A DNA stretch of 63,972 nucleotides, filler included, from Piptocephalis cylindrospora (Eukaryota): assembly GCA_003614145.1 (NCBI GenBank). It is 17 parts of 17 records of this genome, joined end to end, with 100 filler letters (N's around TTAATTAATTAA, not from the genome) between each part and the next. Parts side by side here need not be neighbours in the genome. Positions count along the whole stretch, not along the records: positions 53,518 to 57,087 come from KZ988644.1; positions 57,188 to 60,856 come from KZ988645.1; positions 60,957 to 63,972 come from KZ988745.1; 14 more parts are not named here. One strand, 5' to 3'. This document shows positions 53,518 to 63,972 of the stretch, piece after piece. The position numbers and the translations under genes are program-made. The notes under the pieces are model-generated. The model was not told the origin of the DNA, made no database searches, and saw nothing but the letters and a program-made list of their open reading frames with translations. Position 1 is the first letter of the stretch, and each line of letters begins with the position of its first letter.

Positions 53518-54521
53518 GATTGGCTCGGAGGAGCATGGTCTTTGCCCGGGTAAGGAAGGGAGTGGAGCTAGTGGAACCATTTCCCTTGACCCTTTCTTTT
53601 CCTCTTTTCCCCTCTTCCACGGTTCCTGGAGGTATGTCTGAGAAGGAGGAAGGGTCCGAAGAGGTGGATGCACCTCTCCTCTCCTCTTCTGGCCCATTTG
53701 ACTCATCAAGCTCAGCAGGGTTATTATTAGCGGGATTAGGGTAGGGTAGACCCAGATTGCCGACCCGACCGACCCCTTGGGTAGATTTTGTGCGTTTAAG
53801 CAGAGGCTTTCCCCTTCCTAGCCTGGGGCCGGGGGGGGGAAGAGCCAGGGCTACATTCAGTTTGATGGGCGGGAGGATCATGGGCGAGGGAGCGGGAGGC
53901 AAAAGTGAGAGCCAAGGGATCGGAGAGGTTACGGGCCAGTTTATAATCTACATCGCTCTTCCAAATGCCAAAGAACTCGCCGATTTCACGGATTTCCAGG
54001 AGAGGTTTGGGGAGGGCCATGACCCGAGCCAGGAGGAATTCCAGCGCATCCATGTGTGGATCAGAGGGATCGGCGTCCAGGGGATCAATGGAGAGGAGGA
54101 CCTGAGGCCGACGGTTCTGAAGACTTTCGGCCAACCTTCGGCCAAATTCGGCAAAGTCAGCGTATCGTCGGTAGACGGTGTAGGGTTTTCGATGGAAGGA
54201 GAGTCGTGCTCGGTCTACGGAGGGGACAGTGGTAGGGGGGTCCTCTGAGAGGGAGGGGTGATCCGGGGCAAGGGGACCAGTGGGGACGGAGGAGGGGGCT
54301 GGGGTGATGTGGATGGTGTAGAATGGAACAGCAGACTGGATAGAGTCGGTGGTAGAGGTGAGGACGGAGGAGGTGTTGGAGGACTCGGCGGTATCTGTGT
54401 GTGATGGCCTTACCGGAGGCAGGAGGTGTCGGGTCTCATAGCCGATCAGACGAAGCCGGGCTATTGGAGGAGCCAGCTTGACTCCCTCATACGGGACGAC
54501 GGGAGGGCTGAGCATATTCAT
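53518..54521 (-). CDS. PX-domain-like protein, probably frameshifted near the G9 run 53831-53839, 3'-partial
   Basis: FYTIHITP...YTVYRRYADFAEF...IGEFFG is PX-like. An overlapping frame stays open to the contig edge. Confidence 0.6.
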
Positions 54522-55615
54522 CTTGGGAGGATGGGGGGGAGGGGAGGGGAGGGTAGGGTAGGATCTGGGCGTATGAGATAGGTATGTTGTTTAGAGGGAT
54601 AATGGCACTGTCTCAAGGGAAGGAAGGGGTAAGGAATGGTGTGGGGGGAAACGACAAGACAAGGGGATAGGGTGTATGGAGGGGAAGAGCGGTGAGAGGA
54701 GTGCGGATGGGAAGATAAGAGATGAGGCTTGGGAGGAGTAATGAGCAGGAGGGGAAGGACAAAACGGAGGGAAGAGAGAAGGAGCGGGGGAAGGGACAAC
54801 GAAGCGGAGAGGATGGGGCTTTGGAGGCGACAACCTTCACTCTTGCCCTGCACAACTCACAGCCCTCCTTCCATTGTCGGGGATGCCAGGGAAATTCTGA
54901 TGGTGGCGGTGGGGGGGGAGGGAGGGGGAGAGGGGGAGGAGGCCCTCTTCTACAGTGTGTGTGCGTATGTTGTGTGGATTCACCCTTTGTGTGTGGGTGG
55001 ACCTTTAAAAAGGGGAGGATGAAAGGTGTCCAAGGCGAGCGGTTCATATCAAGGCACACACTGAATGAGTGTGTGGGCTCTCAAAACCCATCCACATGCC
55101 CTTGAAGAATGATGAGTGTATATGAGAGCATTGAAATTCATTAGCGTGTGATCCTTGAGAAAATGAGCAGCAGCCTTGGCTCAAAGGGGAGATGATGGGG
55201 GCGCCTTACCCCTTCGCTCGGCGACTAGTAGTATGTGAAGATGTAGGTGTGCGTAGAGATAGATGGTGTGTAAGAGGAGGGGATGTGCGTGCAGATAAAT
55301 GGGAACGGGATGGGATGGACAGCCTATTCCTTTGGTCTATCAAAGAGTGGAGAAGGGTGTGTGGGATCCCCTCAAAAGAGATGAAGGGCACAACCAGCGT
55401 CAAGGATGCAGAAATGACAACTGCATGGAGATACCAGTCTTTCTTGAGGGTGGTTAGGATGGTGGTAGGATGCAGGCAGAGGATCATCTCTGTAAGGGAG
55501 ATGGGGGATGATGATGTGAAGAGCAAATGTGTAGAAGTGGAACGATAATTAATACGAATCCAAGCCATTTATCCCCCAGTAGGCGTGGCCCAATCCATTT
55601 AAACAATGATGCACC

Positions 55616-56911
55616 TCAGAAAGATCTCAAGAGATCTTGATATCGGCCACGACGAAAAGGATCGAGATGGATCAACTCTTGGACCATCCCAGAAATATCC
55701 ATGGATTGCTGCTCTCCTGTTAAACCCTGTTGATTGATCCAAATGAGGATTTGCAAAGGCCAGATTCTTTCCTTTTCTTCGAGGAGATCAAGGAGTTCTC
55801 GCAGCTTTTCAATCTCCTCCCGAGCCCTATGACACCTCCTCTCCATGGATGCTGCCTCTCCTTCCTCATTGAGATTTGGAAGGTCCTTCCCCTGGATCAG
55901 CCATTGGTAGTACATCCAAGCAGACTGATCGGATGGGTCAGTGTACATGGCATTGTGGATGAGGGAGAATTCTGTTGGAGGACAAGCGGAAAGGGGGGAA
56001 GGGTTAGTGAGGAAGAGGAGAGATCTCCATCTCGTACTCACCATGGTCAACAAAAGAGGTGAAGGCCTCGGAATCACCAGTCACCTCGGCCAGGAGACGA
56101 GGGACGAGCCTGGAGCGATGGTGCCATGCAGAGGCATTGCTAAAGGACTGTGAGATCTTCTTCTCGGTGTAAGCATACTCAGTGCGCAGGAGGGTAAGGA
56201 TTCCTTGGGGATCCTCGGCTTCCTCAAGACGACCCACAAGGAATCTTCGGTAGTCCCATCCATGAAAGTTCCTCGGGTCCAATTCGAGCATCATGCCCAC
56301 CAAAGCCATTTCCCCCTTCCACAAGGGCTGTGGGGACACTCCCAAGGCCCATCGACGATGGCCCCAGACCCAGTAGGATTTAGGATGTTTTCTAATGGCC
56401 TTTTCAGTGCATTTGAGCTCCTCCTTGATGCATAACATTTTCTCTTCTTGCGATCTGGAGGGATGAAGGGATGGGTGAGTACTGTGGAGGAATGTGATGG
56501 GGCAATCGGGGTGGATTACCCGGTGGAGAAGATGTTAGCCTGGAGAATGTCCCGTCGAAGGGCCCAAGCTGTGTAGAAATCCGGATTCCACTCGGTGACT
56601 TGATCGATCAATGGGATCAAGTTCATATCTGTGGAGCGCAAGACCCTCTGGGAGAGAGGAGGTGCGTGAGGGTCATGCAAATCATAATGGTTTACGCTAT
56701 CCCAATGGGCTTACCGCCTCGAGCAGTCGATTGACCAGATCCTTGTACTCGACAATCTGGCCGGCCTCCCTTTCACGCTGCCTCTTCCTTTCGGACTCGG
56801 AGATAATTTTCTTGCGACGATTATGCTGTATAGGATGGTAGAGGAATGCCGATTAGAGGGGGGGGACAATCGTAACGGCTATGAGAGGAAGAGAGGGATG
56901 GCACATACCAT
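55616..56911 (-). CDS. BET4: Rab geranylgeranyltransferase alpha subunit (5 exons)
   Basis: ATG micro-exon plus HNRRK. PPTA repeats NPDFYTAW, HPKSYWVWGHRRW, DPRNFHGWDYRR, FSNASAWHHR and TDPSDQSAWMY. Ends DPFRRGRY. Confidence 0.93.
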
Positions 56912-57187
56912 GGTGTTGTCCGGATGATGGAGTAAGCAAGGATGTCTTGGGATACGAACGATGCTTCCGCATCTCCATTTGACCGTGTCAAATTGGTCCT
57001 CTAGGGAAATGTCCGCCATGGTGCGGAGAGAGATGCGGCCAGCCCACAACAACAGCAAATGGCACAGCAGCCTTGTCAGAGCAGAATNNNNNNNNNNNNN
57101 NNNNNNNNNNNNNNNNNNNNNNNNNNNNNNNTTAATTAATTAANNNNNNNNNNNNNNNNNNNNNNNNNNNNNNNNNNNNNNNNNNNN

Positions 57188-57374
57188 ACGACAGGCTTTA
57201 CACATCTCTTAACATTTCTCATATTCTCTTTCCTGTAAAGTTGATATCTGTTTTAAACTAGAGGCCATACAGTATGGGTAGAGCTCACATAAAGGGTCAC
57301 AGAGAAGGGAGGGATGAGAAATAGGGGGGAGAGGTTATTTATGGAGAGTTAACATCGTCATCACCATCGCCATT
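57188..57374. repeat. 187-bp inverted repeat of 57896-58082; its first 55 bp also recur directly at 60802-60856
   Basis: Direct comparison of ACGACAGGCTTTACAC... with its reverse complement ending at 58082 and with the contig end. Confidence 0.92.
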
Positions 57375-58148
57375 ACCTTCAATTACCACTGCTGCCATGG
57401 GGGAGTCTGTATAAGAGGGGGGCTGGTGAAGTGTCATTTAGTAATACTCTACGGCTCTCCTCTACATCCTCCGTCCTCTCAATATGAAACCATCGGCGTG
57501 GTATAATTTCCCCAATTTCTCTTAGAGTAGAAAGGTCGTTTTATGCTGAACAAGTGCGTTAGATCCGTCTGGGTCCGCGATTTTACCTCGCTTAGTCATC
57601 ATTCAAAGATAATTATAGCTGGAGATACTTTCCCGTCAAAGAGAAGTTCAGTATGGGCGCGGTATACTTGCCAAAGGGCTATGGTATGCATGATAATGCC
57701 TCTAGGGATGCTCTGAGTAGTCCGATCACCCTGCCAAAGATTTTTCTTAATTCCACAAATAGTTGATTGGTTTCATAACAATAAAAAACCTCTGAAATTG
57801 TGGTAGATGGGGCCCCTAATGATGAGGGGGGTATTCCCAGAGTGCTCAGAGGGAGCATGGAGGATGAGGATGAAGGACCAGAATGAGGCCAAGGGAATGG
57901 CGATGGTGATGACGATGTTAACTCTCCATAAATAACCTCTCCCCCCTATTTCTCATCCCTCCCTTCTCTGTGACCCTTTATGTGAGCTCTACCCATACTG
58001 TATGGCCTCTAGTTTAAAACAGATATCAACTTTACAGGAAAGAGAATATGAGAAATGTTAAGAGATGTGTAAAGCCTGTCGTCCATACCCCGCCATCTCC
58101 ATAACCGCCCCTACCATCAGCTCATTTCAGCTCATAGAGCGCGCATCA

Positions 58149-60054
58149 TCACACCAAAAAATCGGTAGGGATATCTGGGGAGGGGATACTCCAGGAAAGA
58201 ATGGAGCCGCCCTGGTAGCAGCTGACGATCCGGGTTGCGTCAAATTGCACCTTAAATATCCTGGAAAAAGGAAAGGTGGGAAGGAATAAGAGATAGCCAA
58301 AGTGCATGAGAGACCCCTAAACACCCCATCCACCAAGACTCACCGTCCATAATGGCCACGAAGCCCATTTAGGGTAAAGGTGGGTGCGGAGGAGGAACCA
58401 CGTAGATCCCATACTTTGACCGTTTGATCATAACTCCCACTGACAATACGATCCAGCCCATCCCAAGCAAGGGTACGAACGAGTGATTCGTGACCCTCTA
58501 GGGTCCGGATGCACCCCCCAGTCCGGACATCCCACAGTTTGATGAGGGAATCACTGGCTCCAGTAATTAGGGTTCGACCGTCGAATTCCAGACACGCCAC
58601 TCCCCGGCCATGGCCCTCCATAGTGCGAACACCATCACCTCGCTCCAGGTCCCAGATTCGGATAGTGCGGTCTCCACTGCCCGAAGCAATGAGGTTATGT
58701 CGAAGGGAGAATTGAACGGCATTCACTGCTACCTCATGCCCCCGCATGGTCCGTAGACAGTTCCGAGAGGCACGGTCCCATAGTCGGACAGTCTTATCTT
58801 TACTGCAAGACACAAGGAATTCCCGATTAAAGCGCACCCCCAGCACGGAACCCTCATGACCTTCTAACTGCCCAACGCGCTCTCCGGTCAAAGAGTCCCA
58901 CTGAAGGATCATTGAATCGCTGCCCCCTGTGAAAATGTGAGCCGGGTCAAACTGAAGGCATAGGACACTTCCACAATGCCCGGACAAGGAACGAAGGCAC
59001 TGATTAGTGGGAAGATCCCATACCTTGACTTGGCAATCCCTCCCTCCACTAACAAGTCGATCTCCTTGAAATTGTGCACAGTAAACCGCCTCACGATGTG
59101 CCCCTACCCTCCGGGGGGTAAGGGAAGGGGGGAGATTTCGGATTGGCGCACTGGGGCTTAGATGGTAAGTCTCAGGACCGGACACAGCATTCGCCACCAT
59201 AGCCAAACTCCTCCATGCCTGTTCCATACGGCGCTTGGCAAAGAGAAGAGACCTCCAATTCACCATGGGCTTCCCTTCCTCGTCCCAGTGATCCTTGCCA
59301 ATTGGATGTACGAGTTTTGAAGGGTCCAGCAGGGCTGGGGGATCCTGCTGGAGGATTCGCGTCATCCCTGGAAGGGCCAGGGGGGTAAACCCATAGGGAG
59401 ATGGGGGCGGTGCAGGGCCCGGCGGAGTCGATGGGCTCTGGGTTTGAGAGGATATAGGGCTAAAAAGTGGGGCTGAGCTCGTCATTTGGTTCGGAAGAGG
59501 GTCGACATCTAGGACAGACGGATCCGAGGTTTGGTTCTGATGCCGACGTACTCGATTGACATTGTACCAATACCGTGACCTCAGAAAGATTACCTGGGCT
59601 AAAAGAGGATGGTGAGCCAACTCCCGCCATCGACGTGAAACTCTTTCCACGGCCTTTAAAGTCTCTGGTGAGGTAAAGGAGAGGATGAGGATGCATACCT
59701 CGAAAGGGAGTCGGGAGAGAAAGTCAATGTGAAGCCATGGACCCAATCGACACACCGTTTCGGAGATCATGTTTCGTGGGATCTGACGAAGGAGCTGAAA
59801 GGCCATTTCTGCAAGGTGGGAATGGAGATGAGCTAGAAAGAAAGCCAAGCATCCTATCCAAGCCCCCTCCCCCCCTCAGAATCAGCCTTACCAGCACGCT
59901 CTTCATTAGTCATCGAGTTGGGATCGGCAAGGAACTGATATTGCAAAGGGCCGGAGGAGGAAGAGGGAGAAAGGCTTTCAGAGGCATCAGCGTCGATCAT
60001 GATTGCGTCCCGTACTTCATCGTACCCTTCATCCTGGGGATCAGAGGGTGGCAT
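58149..60054 (-). CDS. F-box/WD40 protein, beta-TrCP/FWD-1/Pof11-like (3 exons)
   Basis: F-box IDFLSRLPFEVCILILSF...VSRRW, then about seven WD40 repeats (GH.GSVLCLQFD; SCSKDKTVRLWD; SGSYDQTVKVWD). Last exon IFKVQFDATRIVSC. Confidence 0.88.
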
Positions 60055-61543
60055 AGAAAGAGGGTGGAGAGGGAGGAAAGACCAAACGGACAGCCTCGTG
60101 GAGGATAAATAATCTGCGCAAGGAGGGGACGGAAGAGTAAGGAACTTGCGATGGTACACAGTCACGGAATGTCGATGGCTCGAATGGCGCAGGGCAAAAG
60201 GAGAAGAAGAGAAAAGGAAGGGGTACGATTAGTTGGGGGGGATAGACGCTCGTTTCTATATGCTGTCAAAGACTTTGTTGCACACCCTGCCCATCAAGCC
60301 TCCTTTAGAGATATCACCCCACCACACTCTGGGAATTTCAGTCTGTGGAGGGGGCATTTGAGCAACCGTTTTTAAGGGAGAGGTGAGAGTACAGGTGATC
60401 CGCACTTGAAATCACCACAGATAAGAGGTCCTTGCAGATGTCCAGCAAAGGAAAGTAAATCGAATATCACTTTATTTCAGGTTGAGGACAAGGATCCATC
60501 TCCAAATCGTGATGATCATGAACTATGATTGAGCTTTAAATCATGCGTTAAAAAGATAGAATAGCGTGTTTCGTGCTAGTGATGAATCTAAATAATAATA
60601 GGTAATATTTATTCGAGTATCATCACTTGGGTATCAAATATCGTCTTTCCCTTCGATTTATCTCACTATACGAGATATTCCTATCAAAACACGTTTCATT
60701 ATCTTTAATCATCCCCTCTTGTTATTGAATAATTTATTGTCTTATGGAGAAAACCGTCCAAGGGGCAGTCAGGGAGCGGAAGCAGGAGCCTTAGGTTATG
60801 AACGACAGGCTTTACACATCTCTTAACATTTCTCATATTCTCTTTCCTGTAAAGTTNNNNNNNNNNNNNNNNNNNNNNNNNNNNNNNNNNNNNNNNNNNN
60901 TTAATTAATTAANNNNNNNNNNNNNNNNNNNNNNNNNNNNNNNNNNNNNNNNNNNNATTCCTTCTCCCTTCTTCCCACCAGCTTGATGGGCCCATATGTA
61001 TACGACCTGGTCGCAGGGGTTGAAATGTTTATCCAGCCCAGTACCGTTTCCTGGTCCTTGAGGTACAATGCCACTCAACAAGGGTGTATCTTTTATTTTG
61101 AAAAGCTATTTATTTCCTGGCCTCCGTACCAAACATTTGCCATGATCAACAAGGGTGTACCTGCACTGGATAGGAGCCATCAGAGGAATACTGATTAAGT
61201 TCGATCACTGTGCATCTATTGCTAATGGCCTGGAGATACACTTATAAACTATTGTACTTCTGGATATCACACGAGATTACAGTGAAGAGCTTTAAAATGT
61301 AATAAAGGAGCCGGTTTACATTTACCAGTACTTTTCTAAACCCGAATCAACTTTCGTGAAATAATGTATGTAGGCCATGGGGAATGAACCGTGCTTCACA
61401 TCAACAATACACCCAATCTTTCTCTCCTTCCCTCTCCCGTCTTTTCCTCCTCAAGCACCTTCTCTCCAGCCGTAAGCGTCGCGTGACTCCTCCTCCTCCC
61501 CCTCCCTCTCTGTTGATTAGACGCCTCCTGCTCTCTCATTAAT

Positions 61544-63476
61544 ATGTCATCACTGGATGAAAAGGAAGAGTCTCCAGTAAAGGCTGAGGAAACCGAGGAG
61601 ATCGAAGACGACGAAAATGACCCTTCCCAGGGAGCCTATCAGATGCTGCAGGAATTGGGAGATGACTCGAGTGAGGAGGAAGAAGAAGCCAGCCCTGAAC
61701 TGCCAGAAATGGAAAAGAGCCCAGAGCCATCTAAAGAGCAAGACATATTTGATTCTGCTCTGGAAGACCAGGAGAATGCTTTTAACTTTTCCCCAGACCC
61801 GGTGGGAACCAAAGAGGAGAAAAAGACCATATTGCCTCTGAATGGGCCCGATGACGAGAAAAGGGACAAGCTAGATTCCTCCATGCTGGGTCAAATTGAG
61901 AAGACGGTTGCCTCTCCAAAGATAGAGGGAAGGGAGGGTTCCAAGGAATACCCCATCCTACCCTTACCCCTCCTCCCGCCTCCTGGGTCATCGGATAATC
62001 CCGTAAGTGCCTCCCAAGACGAGAGCACGAATGCCTTTCCAGAGGATGATCACCATCAAGGTCATGGTGACGATGATTTTGATGATTTTGCTAGCCATGG
62101 ACCAGGAAAGGAAGATGATGATGACTTTGATGATTTTACTGGATTTGATGATGGCGGGGACGACGGCGGCGCATTTGGGATGGAGGATGGAGCAGAGGAT
62201 CCATTTGGAAATGTCGTACTTCCATCCACAAAGATGTCTCGGGAGCCGTCAAGGGAAGATACGCCTCAATTGATAGAAGTGGACCTCCCTGCTCCATTGG
62301 ATTTTACCCAACCATGGGACATGCTGGAGGAACAATGGAAAGATATCAGCTCCAAGTATTTATTCCCCTCCATTTCTACTATGACTCCTTCCGTCTCGAC
62401 GGATCCTTCCAAGGAGGCATCCGAGAAGGACGGGACATCTCCATCCGATTCTTCCGACCCTACACACACATTATTGGAGGCTGCCATGACCCCTCGAGAG
62501 GAAAGAGTATTTCGGTGGAAGCGATCCCGGATTCGACAATGCTTACTCATCTCCTTAGGCATCCCGGTGAATTTAGATGAAGTAGGCTTTTTGTGTGGAG
62601 AGTCTTGCCATTTCACATCTAACTTCGCGAGCATTTTAGATTCTCTCGCCCCATCTATCCAAGTTCCCTCCCATTGCCATGGCCACTACCACAAACATAT
62701 CCCCTTCCCCAATTGCCGCCTCATCCAAGATAGCTGATCCACCCAAACGATGCATCGACCCATTGGAACGACCAATGCCCCCTCCCCTGGATGTAGAAAA
62801 TGCCTGGGTTACTGCCGCCCTTCCTCAAGGTAATCTTTATGGTTAGAGATGATGTGGTACATCTATTAACCGCTATTCATACTCCCTTCCCTTCTCATCT
62901 CACATTACAGAGGAATTGCAGAAAATGACCATTCCAGCTCTGGAAGACCTCAAGGATCGGGTGGAGGGCATGATCCTATCGGCCATCACGGAAACCCGAC
63001 AGGCACTGGACATGCGGGAACAGTGGTTGATGGATGCAGAGATGCATCATAAAGTCATTGAATGTCTTGTGGATCACGCGCACAAACGAAGGGAAAAGGA
63101 AGGAAAAGATCGACAAAGCATGAGTACGTATGGGCCCTTGGGTCTATTTCATTTTAAAATCTGACCCACTGATTAACCCAATCTCTATTTCCCTTAAACC
63201 AAAGCACTCAAGCAAAGGCTATCGGTGGTGACGCAAAGGATGAAAGTGGGAACCCCGGATGCGACTTCCCCCCTTTCCAGGAATGGGGCACACTCGGCGA
63301 TGGGAGAGGGAAGAGGAGGATCAGGTCGCCGGGGCGGAGAGGGGAGAGGGAGACAGGGAAGGATGTCGGACGCAAGAGAGGCAGGAGGGGGGGGAACGAC
63401 GACTGTCCATGTAGCCCACCCTTCCTGGGTCTTCATATCCAGGTTACTCGGGTCAAGGGGTACGGGGAGGAGATGA
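61544..63476 (+). CDS. Acidic Laa2/YBL010C (DUF5102)-like protein; 3' end probably chimeric
   Basis: DDDFDDF/FG motifs, FRWKRSRIRQCLLISLGIPVNLDE, and a later coiled-coil exon (REQWLMDAEMHHKVIECLVDHA). Confidence 0.6.
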
Positions 63477-63838
63477 CAGCCCCGGCGTTACGTGCTGCCG
63501 CTGCTCAGGCCATCGCAGAAGCTACCGAATCTGCGGGCATTACCCTCCTGGAGCCCCTCATGAAACTCGACCTCCGTGTTCCTACCTCCAGGATGGGCCC
63601 AGTTATCTCGGACTTGACTGGTCGTCGGGGCGGGACCGTGGAGGAAGTGAGTGAGGAGGGGCCCCATGGGGGTTCCCGCGTCCATGCCAGTGTTCCCTTG
63701 GGTGGCATGGTTGGGTACTCTGGGATTCTTCGGGGCCTCACGGCCGGAGAGGCTGGTTATTCGATGGAGATGCAGGGCTGGGGAAAGATGTCCAAGGCCG
63801 GGGTGGACCAGGTGGCTAAGCAGGTGCATGGGGGTTAA
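63419..63838 (+). CDS. MEF2: C-terminal fragment of mitochondrial EF-G2 / ribosome-releasing factor 2
   Basis: PFLGLHIQV...LLEPLMKLDL.VP...G.VISDLTGRRGG...A.VPL..MVGYS..LR.LT.G...YSME is EF-G domain IV end plus domain V. No GTPase domains upstream. Confidence 0.7.
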   Translation, partial: PFLGLHIQVTRVKGYGEEMTAPALRAAAAQAIAEATESAGITLLEPLMKLDLRVPTSRMGPVISDLTGRRGGTVEEVSEEGPHGGSRVHASVPLGGMVGYSGILRGLTAGEAGYSMEMQGWGKMSKAGVDQVAKQVHGG

Positions 63839-63972
63839 TGGGCCCTTTATTCTCTTTGTCAGTCTCGCTGTGAGTCGGTGTCACAGGGAGAAGAGGAGAT
63901 TACCATGTATTCCTCTGTAAGTCATCATTCATTACACAAATAGAGAAATGGAGGGTGAGGATAAGTAGGAAG

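Noticed and set aside
57188..60856. Apparent circular contig carrying an F-box/WD40 gene
   Set aside because: The 55-bp overlap equals the likely k-mer and is part of a local inverted duplication. The cargo is a normal intron-containing nuclear gene.

Overview
This is not one continuous locus. It is 17 unrelated eukaryotic contigs of about 3.6-3.8 kb, the last cut off by the window edge. They are joined by 100-bp artificial linkers (44 N + TTAATTAATTAA + 44 N) and sorted by decreasing length. Genes are compact, with short GT-AG introns. Content includes Cbk1, Emg1, alpha-tubulin, Rsc7/Swp82-like, Nop4, Sac1, Sel1-repeat, Sid1-like kinase, Spt16, Rpn8, GMPPA, FIST, Reb1-like, Msf1, Tctex-1, ALDH, FAH, Mgm1, CBM48, PX, Bet4, F-box/WD40, Laa2-like and EF-G2. 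This is fungal, and a SNAPc SNAP43 homolog points to an early-diverging (non-Dikarya) fungus. Exact 55-bp end overlaps and perfect local inverted or tandem duplications suggest a whole-genome-amplified, k=55 de Bruijn assembly, so many repeats are probably artefacts. The outlier is contig 3 (7717-11464), which has no housekeeping gene. It carries five pieces of a small TGTAA...TTACA LTR-like element with palindromic ends and internal hairpins; one complete copy has a 5-bp target-site duplication. The pieces lie in and around a decayed gene of about 520 codons from a family I cannot name, whose motif order loosely recalls Rep_trans-type rolling-circle initiators. The contig ends overlap by 55 bp.
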